From NCBI RefSeq assembly GCF_016433145.1, contig NC_058136.1, positions 70,953,779-71,017,778 on the forward strand: DNA of 64,000 bases, read 5' to 3'. Of the stretch, positions 36,955 to 47,694 are shown one piece after another. This DNA comes from Gracilinanus agilis (lineage: Eukaryota). The translations under genes were made by a program, and so were the position numbers. Every line of letters starts with the position of its first letter. Positions within the stretch are counted from its first letter, which is position 1. A model generated the notes under the pieces. The model did no database searches and was not told the DNA's origin. It saw only the letters and a program-made list of their open reading frames with translations.

Positions 36955-39900
36955 GTGTCCGAGGTCCAAGTATGCCTAGATCTGGAAGACGAAATCTTGT
37001 CTAGAGCCAAGAATATCCAAACCCGCCTGGATCGCCAGTGTATTGAAACTGAGGAGGTAGGTGTGACTCAGTGGCTCTTGGACAGAGCTGGGACCCCTCT
37101 GGGTAGCTCCGTCTCACAGGTCTCTGCAGCGTGCCTCTGCCTGAGACCATCCCTTTCGAGTCTCCTCGTCTTCCCTCCAACTGCGGTCAGAACCCCCCTT
37201 TCAGTTCTTGGGGCGTCTTTACCTCTGTGGTCCTCAGAGTGGCCCCTTTGCTTCCCATCCTCAGATCAACAAGACCCTCAAGGCCACTCTACAGTCTTGG
37301 TTAGACCAGTCAGCCTCTGAGGAAGGGGACGTGTTGGATGCCTTCCAGACCAGTCCATCCACTGAATCGCTCAAGTCCACCGGCTCTGACCATGGCAGCC
37401 GGCAGCTTGCACGGAGACGTGGCCAGCAGCAGGAGACTGAAACTTTCTATGTTCTGGTGAGAGCCAGAGAGGCTGGGAGTGAGGGCAGGAGAGGCAGCAG
37501 GAGGCCAGCAGGAGGCCAGGGGTAGGCTTAAAAGATCCATCGACCACTGACCACGGCATCCCTTGGGACCCACAGAAACTTCAAGAATATTTAAGCTGCA
37601 GAAGTATACTCTTTAAGCTGCAAGCAAAACATGAGAAACTACAGGAGGCTATTCAAAGAGGTGGGCCTGCCCCCCCCAGCCCCAGCACCCCCTGCTGCTT
37701 CCCCAAGGCCCACTTCCAGGCCATTCACTCCTGGCCTAGAGCCCCACTTTTAGAGATGACGCACAACCAGAATGCCCTCCAACTTAAATCCATCCCCCAC
37801 CTAACCCCTTTGGGCCCCAGGAGATACCCAAGGGCTCATCGATAAGTTGCTTTTCTCTTGTCCTCACAGGCAACAAGGAAGATCGTGATGGTTCACAGTA
37901 AGTCTTGTGGGAATTTATGCTGAAAAGGGAATCACAGATTGAAAGCTGTTACGGGTCTCAGAGATTATCTAGTTCAAAAATCTTCATTTTATAGATGAAG
38001 AAAAACTGAGGCCTAAGATCTCTAATTGTCAAAAACAGGATTTGAATTCGGCTCCTCTGACTCAAATCTGGTTTTCCGCCCTCTGAAAGGGGAGGCCTTA
38101 TCTTTCTATTTATTTACTAGGGTTCTAATCTCCCCTTTGTCTCTGTGTGACTTTGGGCCCCTCAGTTTGCTTGGGCTTTCTCAGTATTCCCATCTATAAA
38201 ATGGAGTTGAACTAGATTTTTTTAAAATATATTTTTTAATTTTTTTAGAAAAAGTTTCCATGGTTACATGATTCATGTTCTAACTTTCCCCTTCACCTCC
38301 CCCCCAGCCCTCCCCCCAAAAAGCCGACGTGCATTTCCACTGGTTTTAACATGTTGAACTAGATTTTGTATTAGCTGTTTTGGGCCGAGATGAAGAAGAG
38401 TTTCAAACCTATGGGGGGCCCCCTAGAGCCCTTCAGCTGCCTTCTCTGGCCATTGTCCCCAACTTCCCCCATGAAGGCCTTTTAGCTCCAAGGGTAGGGG
38501 AGGAAGAAGGCATAAGCTTTGGCGGGGGGAGGTGGGGAGTGTCCCTCAGCCTCTGTCCTCCCAGAACTCCTGTCCCTTTTACCCTCTGGGCTGTGTTTTC
38601 AGCTGTCCCAGCCTCTTCTGCATTGATTTCAGATCTTGCTCGACTATGACTAGATCCCAAAGGAATCGGCGTCTTCGGCCTAGTTCCCAGTACAATCACA
38701 AACTTTTTTCAGGAGACATGGAAAAGTTCATCCAGGTGCACTAGCCACCCTGCCCCTGTCCCCTGCCAGGATGGCTCCAGAGAAGGGGCAGAGACCCCTC
38801 TTCTCTCTTCGGCCTGGGACTTGGGCCCAGAGCGAAGGGGCCTTTGGGGAGGGCACACCCAGCCCTCCCAGTGCCTCTAGTAGAGACACATTTGTGGCCA
38901 GAGCTCGCTGCAAAGAAAGTGGGAGGGCTTTGAAGGCCCAGTGAGCAACAGGCACTCATTGACTGCCTACGGTGGGCCAGGCCCAATGCTAAGCTCTGGG
39001 GTTACACAGAAAGGCCCTGTTCTCAAGCTAATGGGGGAGTTCTGACATGTAGACCCCTAGGGACATCTGGAGTAGGTGGGGGAGGCTCTAGCAGCAGAGG
39101 GCTGACACGAAGGGAGGGGGTTTTTGGTGATCCAAACGGCCCAGGAATATGTGGAAATGCATTTTGGACCCTCTGCATGTGGCTGGATATATCTGGGGAG
39201 GTCCCCACACACACACATATCCCCTTCTCTGGATCACAGGGATTGTGGTCGTCTGTCCTCCCCTTAGCCTGAGGAATGTCATGGGCCCACTCCCATGAGA
39301 GTCCTAGGATGGAGATGACTGTTGGCTGTCTTGAGGGTGGGGGATGGGGGAAGTAGCACCATTCTCCACAGCCTCGGGGTGGGGGAGGGTCAGTCAACAT
39401 GGCCATCTCCCATCATTCCCCCTTGACCCCTCTCTCTTCTTCCCACCTCCAGAGCTCTGGCCAAGCTGTCCCTTTAGTTGTAGAAAGCTGTGTCCGCTTC
39501 ATCAATCTACATGGTAAGAGCCTGTGTGTTTCTGTTCCAGGCCTGTCCTCTCGCCTCTCTGGGCATCCCCTGGTACTCCACTCAGACCATCTCAGGCTGC
39601 TGGGAGGGGGGCACCACAGCTCTGGGTGGCTGGCACTATAGGCCGTGGGATTTGGGGGAAGGTCACCTGGGCGGGGGAATCCCTTCCTTCCTCCTGTCTT
39701 AGCCCACGGGGTGGGGGTGGGGGGGAATTCCTCATACCTAGCATGGTCCTTCCCTTGTCCCCAGGTCTCCAGCATGAGGGCATTTTTCGAGTGCCTGGAG
39801 CACAACTGAGGGTCACAGAAATCCGCAATGCCTTCGAGAGAGGTGGGTTGGGAGGGAAGGAAACGGGGAGATCCTCCTGCCTGGGGTGGGACAGCTGGCC

Positions 39901-42900
39901 AGGGCTGTGCAGCCTTGGGTCATCCCTGAATTTGCCCCCCAGGTGAGGATCCTTTGGTAGATGGCTACTCTGCTCATGACTTGGACTCTGTGGCTGGCGT
40001 ACTAAAACTCTATTTCCGTGGCCTGGAGACGCCACTTTTCCCATTAGAGATGTTTGGGGAGATGCTGGCTGCTGTGGGTAAGTGAGGTGTTGGGGCAGGG
40101 GCTAAGGTGGGCCTAAAGAGTGGCCGGGGAGGCAAATCGAAACGAGGGGAGCTGGGAGAAGGAGCAGTCGGAGTAATAAGGCCCCTGGGATATGGGGTAT
40201 TGGGGTCTGCAGATCTGGAGAGCCCTGGAGAACGGAGAGAATTCGTGAAGGGCATCGTGAGCCGCCTGCCGGGGCCAGTGCTGGTGGTCCTCCGTTATCT
40301 CTTTACCTTCCTCAATCAGTGAGTAGCCCCTCACCCCACCCTCCCTCAGGAGATGTCTTCTTCTCCTCCCCTACTTGGGCCACTGGCCAGAGGGGTCAGC
40401 AAGTGTCAGAGCTGGGAGGGCCCTTCGGGTTATCTCGTTGAACCCTTTCAGATTTGCCCTAAGTTTCTAAGACAGGCCTCCAGTTTCAGGAGGGCAGAAG
40501 GTGGCCAGAGGGGAACCCATGTGGGGTTGGTGCTGGTGGCGGGGGTGGTATAGAATCTGCTGGGGCTCCCCCTGGGGTCGAGTGCCCATCCACGTTCTGT
40601 TGTGTTCCACCTTATGTGCCGGTTCGAATTTGCGATGCTCAGCCTGGCCCAGTACAGTGATGAAAACATGATGGATCCTTACAACCTGGCTGTGTGCTTT
40701 GGGCCCACCCTAGTGGTTGTGCCACCCGAGCAGGACCCAGTGGCAGTGCAGAGCCGAGTAAACCAGCTGGTTCAGACCCTTATCTTAGAACCCGAGCTGA
40801 TCTTCCCAACCTCGACTGCACTTCCAGGGCCCCTCTATGAGAAGTGCATGGCCCCACCACATGACGATTTTGGGTAGGTTGGAGACATGCACCCCAGCTT
40901 CCCCCACCCCACTTTGTCAGGAACCTGGGGGAGGCCGGGAATAGAAGGTCCCCAAAGGACTCCCTGACTCCCAGTCCACTTGTACCCCCATGTAGAGACA
41001 CAGCTGTGTCTATTTCTGGGCCTGTACACCTCAGCCACTAGCAGGCTGAGCTAGGGGAGGCGGGGACGTCCCCCTCACTACCTTGGGTCTGACTTTCTGA
41101 CCTTGGCCTCAGGGATCCTCAGCTGGATGCCACAGCAGAAGAGAATGAGCAGGACCTGCCTGTGGAGACATCAGCCACTAAAGAGGGTGAAGCAGGGGGA
41201 CTCCAGACCCCTAACCCTGTCTGTCCCCCTTCCCTTCTGAGTACCATGAGAGGGCCTCCATCTTCTTAGACAGGATCCTGAGTCTTCCCCTGAATGCCCT
41301 TGACCCCCCTGCAGTCTCCCCGCCCCCTTGGCCAGTGCCTCACGTCTTCCCCCACCCTCTTCCCCACAGAGACTTCCATCCCAATCCCAGAGAGCTCCAA
41401 GGATGCCTCATATTGTTCGACCCCAGTCCTTGAGTGCGGGGAGTCTTTGGAGGCTGTGGCTTGCTTTGACTATGTAGGCCGCACACCCCAGGAACTTACT
41501 TTCCAGCGTGGAGATTTACTGTGTCTGCACACCCGAGCCTCCGGAGAATGGTGGCGTGGAGAGCATGCAGGCACCCTGGGGCTCATCCCCCACAAATATA
41601 TCAAGGTGCCTGACAAGTGAGTGAGAGCAGCCCTGGGAAGCCTTACTGGTTCAGGGCCTTCAGCCCCCTCCCTAAGACTCCCCGCCTGCTCCCATCTCCC
41701 AGTCTGTCTTGAGGGGAGATGCAGCCCAGAAGGCCTGCTTGAGTCTCTCCCCCACCTCCACATCCCTGTTCTGCTCTCCATGCCTCCTTGGGACCTGGCT
41801 TTTTCTAGAGGCCGAATCCAACCATCCCCGTTGTGTCCTTAGGGCAGAGAATCAAGCGGTTTTACAGGAGGGACAGGGAGAAGGCGAGCTGGTCCCCAAA
41901 AACGAGGACCCTGTAGTGGAGCCTGTGTGCCGGTGAGTGGAGGGAGCCCTTCGGGCTCACTGGGCAGCGTGGCAGCGGTATACCTCATGACCCACTCAGG
42001 ATTATGCTCACTAGGAGAAGCCAGTGCTCTGGTGGGCTGTGAAACCCCAGATTGGGCAGTCGAAGGCTTAGGCCGTTACCTCGGTTTGTTTCACAACTAA
42101 TTGGTGGGATGACCTTAAGGAGAGCCCTGCCCCCTTGCTAGGCCTCTGTGAAATAAGCAGCTTCTGTCCTCTGGGTTCCAAGGAATCTTCAGCCCTTGAC
42201 ATTCCAGGATTCTCAGATTCTGTGGGAAACTGACAAAACGGGCTATTCAGAGCTCTGGTGGGGCCTGGGGGGGGGGCGGATCTTGGTGAGCTTTGGGGGA
42301 CAGCAGGGTGGAGGGATCGAGGGATGTCAACAGGCTCTCTCTCACCCGCTGCCCCGTTCCATTCCAGAGTTCGCACAAATTCAGCAGGTACCTATAGCAA
42401 GGCTTCCTCCAAATCGAGAGGTGGCAAACTGACTTCGCCTTTTCTTGATCCTACCTACCACCCCATGGCAAGCGGCCGAGCTTTGTCGCCTTCTGACAGG
42501 TCAGCCCAAAGGGCGGAAACTCCTTGAAAGGGGAGGCTCCCCGAGGGAGAAAGGCAAGCCCACTCTCTTTGGTACCATGTTGGGTGGCCCCAGGGTGACC
42601 GTGTGCCCTTCTGCCCACCCCCACTCAATAATCCAGATCAGAACGCTGGAATGCAATGGATATGCCAGGTCCCTCTGGGTACAACTGGCACTGCCCGGCC
42701 ATCATCACCGGTGATAAGAAATGGGACAAATGGGACGCTGATAAGAAATGGGACACTGATAAGAAATGGGATGCTGATAAGAAATTGGAGGTCGATAAGG
42801 TGAGTGAGCCTGGCTTCCAGTGCAAAAGGGTGGTGTTCTCCGTGGCCCCATCTCTGGGACCTGAACTGGATCCCCCTTTCATCTCAGCTCTTTTTTCTCT

Positions 42901-44932
42901 TAGCCTTTCCTTTCCATCTTAGAATCAGTACTGTGTATTGGCTCCAAGGCAGAGGAGTGGTCAGGGCTGGGCCATGGGGGTCAAGTGACCTGCCCAGGGT
43001 CACCCAGCTGGGAAATGTCTGAGGACCGGGCTCCTGTCTCCAGGCCGGGCTCTCATTCCATTGAGCCACCCAGCGGCCCCCCTCAGCTCTTCTCATTTCT
43101 CTCTGCCCTCCCTTCTGATCCTTTCCTTTCTTCCCTTCCTCTCTTGGCTCCTTTTCTCCCCGATTTCTCCTTTTCAATTCAGCAGACCGAGTAAGTCTTC
43201 ACCGATTGCCTGTGCTGGGGAGGAGGGAGGAAGTCAGAGGGGCAATAATAATCCTCCGGAGACCTGCCCCTGGGGAGCTCCCAGTTTGTCTGGGGCTGTC
43301 GGCCTAACCCTTGAACAAAGAGAAGTGGCAGGACCACTTAGGCGATGGATAACTGCTGGGCCACAGATGCTGGGCTTAGGAGGGAAGCAGCCTCTTGGGA
43401 TGGCCAGGAAAGGCTCTTTTGGGGGAATTGCCGCTTGGATTGGGCCTTGGAGAACCAGCGGGAAGTCGGACATGGGAGGGACGGCGGAAAAGAAGGAGAT
43501 GGACGTTCTAGGTCAGGCGCAAGCCAGCCGGAGCCTGAGATACGAGGAGATGGGCTCGGCTGGAGTTCCAGGTAGAGGAGAGAGGGCCGAGGTTGTGCAG
43601 GGTCTCCACCGGCAGCCTATGGAGTCATGATCTCATCCTGTTGGCATTCGAGAGTCACTGGGGCTTCAAGAGGTGACATTGGGCCAGGCCTGGGTTGTAG
43701 GAAAATCACTTTGGCAGCCGTACGGAGGATAGATTAGAGTGGAGAGAGACTTGATGGGGCAGAGAGAGAGACCCATTAGGAGTCTGTGGCTCCAGGCCAA
43801 TGGAGAGATGATGACGCCCTGCTCTAGGGTGGTGGCCGAAAGGATGGAGATGGATACCGGAGATATTGACAACAGGGTATGATTGAGGTGGGGGCAGGGA
43901 GAAGAGCCAACAATGACTCAGGGTAGGAGCCTGGGCTAATGGGAAGATGGCGGTTGTGCCATTAACGGAATCAGGGAATTAGAAGAAAGAGAAGGGATGG
44001 GGAAAAGGACGAGCAGCTTTACTCGGGGACTTGGCAAGCTTGGAGGAGCTCTATGGAGCTAGCCGTGCGGCCGACAACCCAAAACTTGAACCTGGTGCTC
44101 GAGGACCAACTGAGGGCCAGACATGCAGATTTGGGCGGCCTGGGACCTCCTGCCTGAGGCCGTGATCACCGGAGCCTTGGGAGTGGAGGAGATTACCCTG
44201 AGGGGAAGGGGAGGAAGAGAGCCACCCAAGGGAACCCCAAAGGAGTTGTGCCAAGGAGGGGAAACCAAGGAGGGAGAGTTTCAAAGAGGAGGCACCAGAG
44301 CCCTCAGAGGGGCAAATGAGAGGCCAGAGGAAAGCCCAAAGTTGGGGACCTGGGAGAGGGGCGGCGGGGACCAAAGTCGGATTTCAGGGTGGCGGTGGCG
44401 GTGGCGGTGGCGGTGGCGGGGAGTGAAATGGGAACGATGGGCCTCTTGGCAAATGCCTGGCAGCCGAGTGGCCAATAGGGCAGCAGGGTTGTGGGGGAGA
44501 CCTGAGAAGAAGTATTCCCGGCTAGACAAGAAAGGAGATGGAGAAAGAAAAAAAGGGGACCCACTACTCCAATGGCTGGGTCCGAGGCACAAGAGGAGAG
44601 GGTGCTGGGTTGCTCTTTCTCAGACACCGGAGGGCAGAAATGGGTGAGGGTGGGAGAGATGTGTTTCCCACAAGCACCCTTCTCTTTGACTCCCGGTGAC
44701 TGACCTTCCCCCTCCCCACCCCCCCCAGAGCGTGGCCCAGAAGATGGAATCTGTCTTTAAAGAGCTCTTGGGAAAGGCTCATACCCGGCACCTGCCGAAG
44801 ACCTCAGAGATACTTTTGAGCTCCCCTGAGGCCTCCTGCTCCGCTGCACACAGCTGGTGGCCCCTGGGACCCTCCCGAGCTGGGAAGAACAAGGTTTTCT
44901 CTAGAGGCGCTGGGGGCCACGACCAGTTCTGA
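36955..44932 (+). CDS. ARHGAP4: Rho GTPase-activating protein 4, partial (last 15 exons: RhoGAP, SH3, tail); 5' F-BAR exons missing at the gap
   Basis: Exons 36955-37056, 37265-37456, 37576-37660, 37870-37897, 38633-38735, 39453-39513, 39765-39842, 39943-40077, 40213-40318, 40643-40873, 41113-41186, 41370-41616, 41843-41932, 42637-42799, 44729-44932 (1899 nt, in frame). Contains GLQHEGIFRVPG (arginine finger), LAQYSDENMMDPYNLAVCFGPTL, SH3 EAVACFDY...GEWWRGEH...GLIPHKYI and tail SVAQKMESVFKELLGK. Confidence 0.95.
42713..42799 (+). repeat. Coding 18-nt tandem repeat GATAAGAAATGGGAY(G/A)CT encoding (DKKWDx)n in ARHGAP4
   Basis: Read directly: GDKKWDKWDADKKWDTDKKWDADKKLEVDK, ending at the donor AAG|GTGAGT. 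Confidence 0.9.
42890..43085 (-). mobile_element. Marsupial SINE in the last ARHGAP4 intron
   Basis: ccatcttagaatcagtactgtgtattggctccaagg...ccacccagcggcccc. Confidence 0.75.
43330..44350 (-). mobile_element. Degraded L2 LINE
   Basis: Long purine-rich text typical of antisense L2; no intact ORF. Confidence 0.55.
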
Positions 44933-45052
44933 GCTCCTTTTCCGCCCCTGCTATTTCTTCACAGGTGTATGGGACCTCGCCTGTCTTCATTTACCTTAAC
45001 TCAAACCTTTCTGTCTACATTCCCTTTCCCTTTTTTCCTCTTGAAAAACCGG

Positions 45053-45058
45053 AATAAA
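45053..45058 (+). other. ARHGAP4: ARHGAP4 polyadenylation signal
   Basis: AATAAA about 120 nt after the stop codon. Confidence 0.65.
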
Positions 45059-45622
45059 GTTGAAGGTCCGGCGGGGCAAATGCTTGGCTCCCAAATCGCC
45101 ATCTCTCCACTGGCCCAGGAGGGCCCAGCGAGGCTTCCATTACTCCCACCAGTCATAGCCCACGTGACGTCGCTGGGGATGTGGGGGCGGCAGAGCGCCT
45201 GACGCACATTCTCTCACTTGGGCCCACAACCACCCTGGACATTCAGCCCCTCGGCTCCCCCTCCCAGAAGACATTGCCTCATCGCAGACAGACCGAGGTG
45301 CTCCCCAGCCGCAAACGACCTGCTGTCTTGTCTGGGGGCCGGTGGAAGGAGAGCTAAGCCCAAAGAAAAGGAGCCCGCTTCGTTAGCCTGCAAAGGGGGA
45401 CCGGATAAGCATTAAGTGCCTACTGTGTGCCAGGCATTGGGCTAAACACTTTACAAAGTGTAGGGCCTGTTATTGTTCCCATTTTACAGTTGAGGAAACT
45501 GAGGCAAGTAAGTACCTTGACCAGGACCAGATAGCCAGTGAGGTTGGATTTGAAGCCCAGCACACCATCCACTGAGCCACCATCTCCAGAAGCTCTGGCT
45601 TAACTGGGAGTCCTATCAGGAA

Positions 45623-45721
45623 TACTACTACTACTACTACTACTACCACTACTACCACTACTACTACCACTACCACTACCACTACCACTACTACTACTAC
45701 TACTAACTACTACTACTACTG
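45623..45721. repeat. (TAC/CAC)n trinucleotide microsatellite
   Basis: Direct. Confidence 0.95.
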
Positions 45722-46559
45722 TAGCAAAGTGGTATACATTAGAGAAGCACAGCAACCCTGGGAAGGAGATGCTATCATGATCCTCACTTTCCACATAAGG
45801 AAACTGAGGCAGACTACGATTAAGTGACTTTCCCAGGGGTAAGAGTCACAGTCAGGTTGGAACTCGGCTCCCTCTCGGAGGAGCCTGGTGATTCAGGTAA
45901 AGGAGGAGTCCCGTCAGGTAGCAGGTACCCAAGTGGGAAGGGGAGGGAGATTGCCCCAGATGTTCTTGGAGGATGCCAGGAATGGGCAGGGGGTTTCCAG
46001 AGGTACGGAAGAAAGGGCTCCATCTCTGCCTCCCCTGCCACCTTCAGCATTACTAAATAGGGAATAGAGGGGAGAAAATGGGGAGGCTGCTAGGTATGAG
46101 ATGGTGCCCAGGAGGGCAGCCGGGGAGACCAGGAGTAGGAAGGAGACGGTCTCGGTCTCACCCCTAAGCTAAGGCCTACAGCTATGAGCTCCCCTTCTTC
46201 AAGGCAGGCCAGGGAGAGTGATTCTGGGAGAGGACGCGGAGGGGAGGGCATCCTAACATGGGGAATTAGTCAAGGGGCAAACAAAGACTGTTGGGATCAG
46301 GCCAAAATGCCATTCACTGGCCCAACTGGCCCAGGTACCAAATCCTGTGGATTGGGCATCCCAGCATTTCTCCTGTCTGCCCTTCCTCACATCCCCCCTC
46401 ATGGCTGGTGGGGATCAGTGGTCGCCCCCTTTTTGGTCCCCTGCCTCATAGCATCCCAGACTCTCCGGCTGGGGGTTCGGAGGTCATCTGGTTCTGCCCA
46501 GAGCAGACCCAGCATGCCCTTCTGCAGTATCCCCACCAGGGAGTCACCCAGAGGGCCCA

Positions 46560-47200
46560 AAGTATACAGAAGACTGCCACCTCCTGATGCTCTTGGGGCC
46601 GGAGGAAACGAGTCTAATCCAGCTTCCCCAAGAGAGCTGTGCAGCCATTTGAGGACCCCCCATGCCATTCTCCGGGAATCCTCCTGGAGTTGCTCCGTGC
46701 ATGTCCTCCTCAAGCTTTGGGGCCCAGAACTGCCTGCAGTCCTCCGGGTGTGGCCTGGCCAGGGTGGGGGGCGGCAGGACTTCAGGCCTCTTCTCCTTCA
46801 GAGCCCTCCGCCTGCCTTGATGCAGCTCCATATTGAATTGGCGGCCCCGGCCGCCTCCACTGTCTCCTCTCCCAGCTAGCCTGTTTGAGCTTCCCGATGA
46901 CCTGATTAAGTCGCTCCCACGAGCCAAAGCCTTTCCACCGCCTGCAGGATGAAACCAAAATGGCATCGGGAGCTCTCGGAAATGTGGCCCCGGCCTTGGC
47001 GTGCCATGCTTGCCCACCCGAAGGCCCCCTCTGGTCCAAGCAGGCCTCCCAGCTGCCCCGCACTCCAGGCTTGGGCGGTCCTTCGCAGCCCCGGACCGTA
47101 CACTCTCTTCTTTGCCTGGCCCAGTTCTCGCTGGCCCAGCCTCACTTGGGCAGCCACAGGGGCCTCCCCAGATCTCCAGACAGTTCCATCTGGGAATGAC
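46560..47200 (-). mobile_element. Old CR1/L3 LINE ORF2 fragment
   Basis: Minus-strand translation LARPHPEDCRQFWAPKLEEDM resembles CR1 ORF2 [21 protein letters not shown]. Confidence 0.7.
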
Positions 47201-47694
47201 CGGCAGGGCCAGGGCCTCTGGGAGCGGACCCCGAGGTGGGGGATGAGCCAAGGGGCAAGCCCTGCCGATTCCACTCCCTCTGAGCTCACAGCCGGCCTTC
47301 CTCGCACCCCTCACTAGGGCTTCTTTGGAGGGGGTGCCCGAGGTAGGGCTACGCTGGGCCGCTGAGGGAGGAGGGGAGGAGGGGGGTCAGGAACCTCTTG
47401 GGCCGGCAGGTAAACTGGCCGGGGAGGAGTCGGGCAGAGTGGCCTGCCCTGACGTCAGGAGCGGAGCCAAGTCATGGAAAAACTATCCCAGCAGAGGCTG
47501 GAGCTGTAATAAACAGGGCGAGAACAATAGGTGGGGGCAGTGGAAGCTGGGGGAGGGGGGGCTGCCTGGCTCCCACAGGAGATCCATCAGGGGAGGGGGA
47601 GACTCCAGTGGGCTGGAGAGGCCCTGCGAAGGGCTCCTCCTCCCTCTGGGCAGACCTCTCGGCCTTCCTGCACAGAGGGATGGATGGGGGGGGG

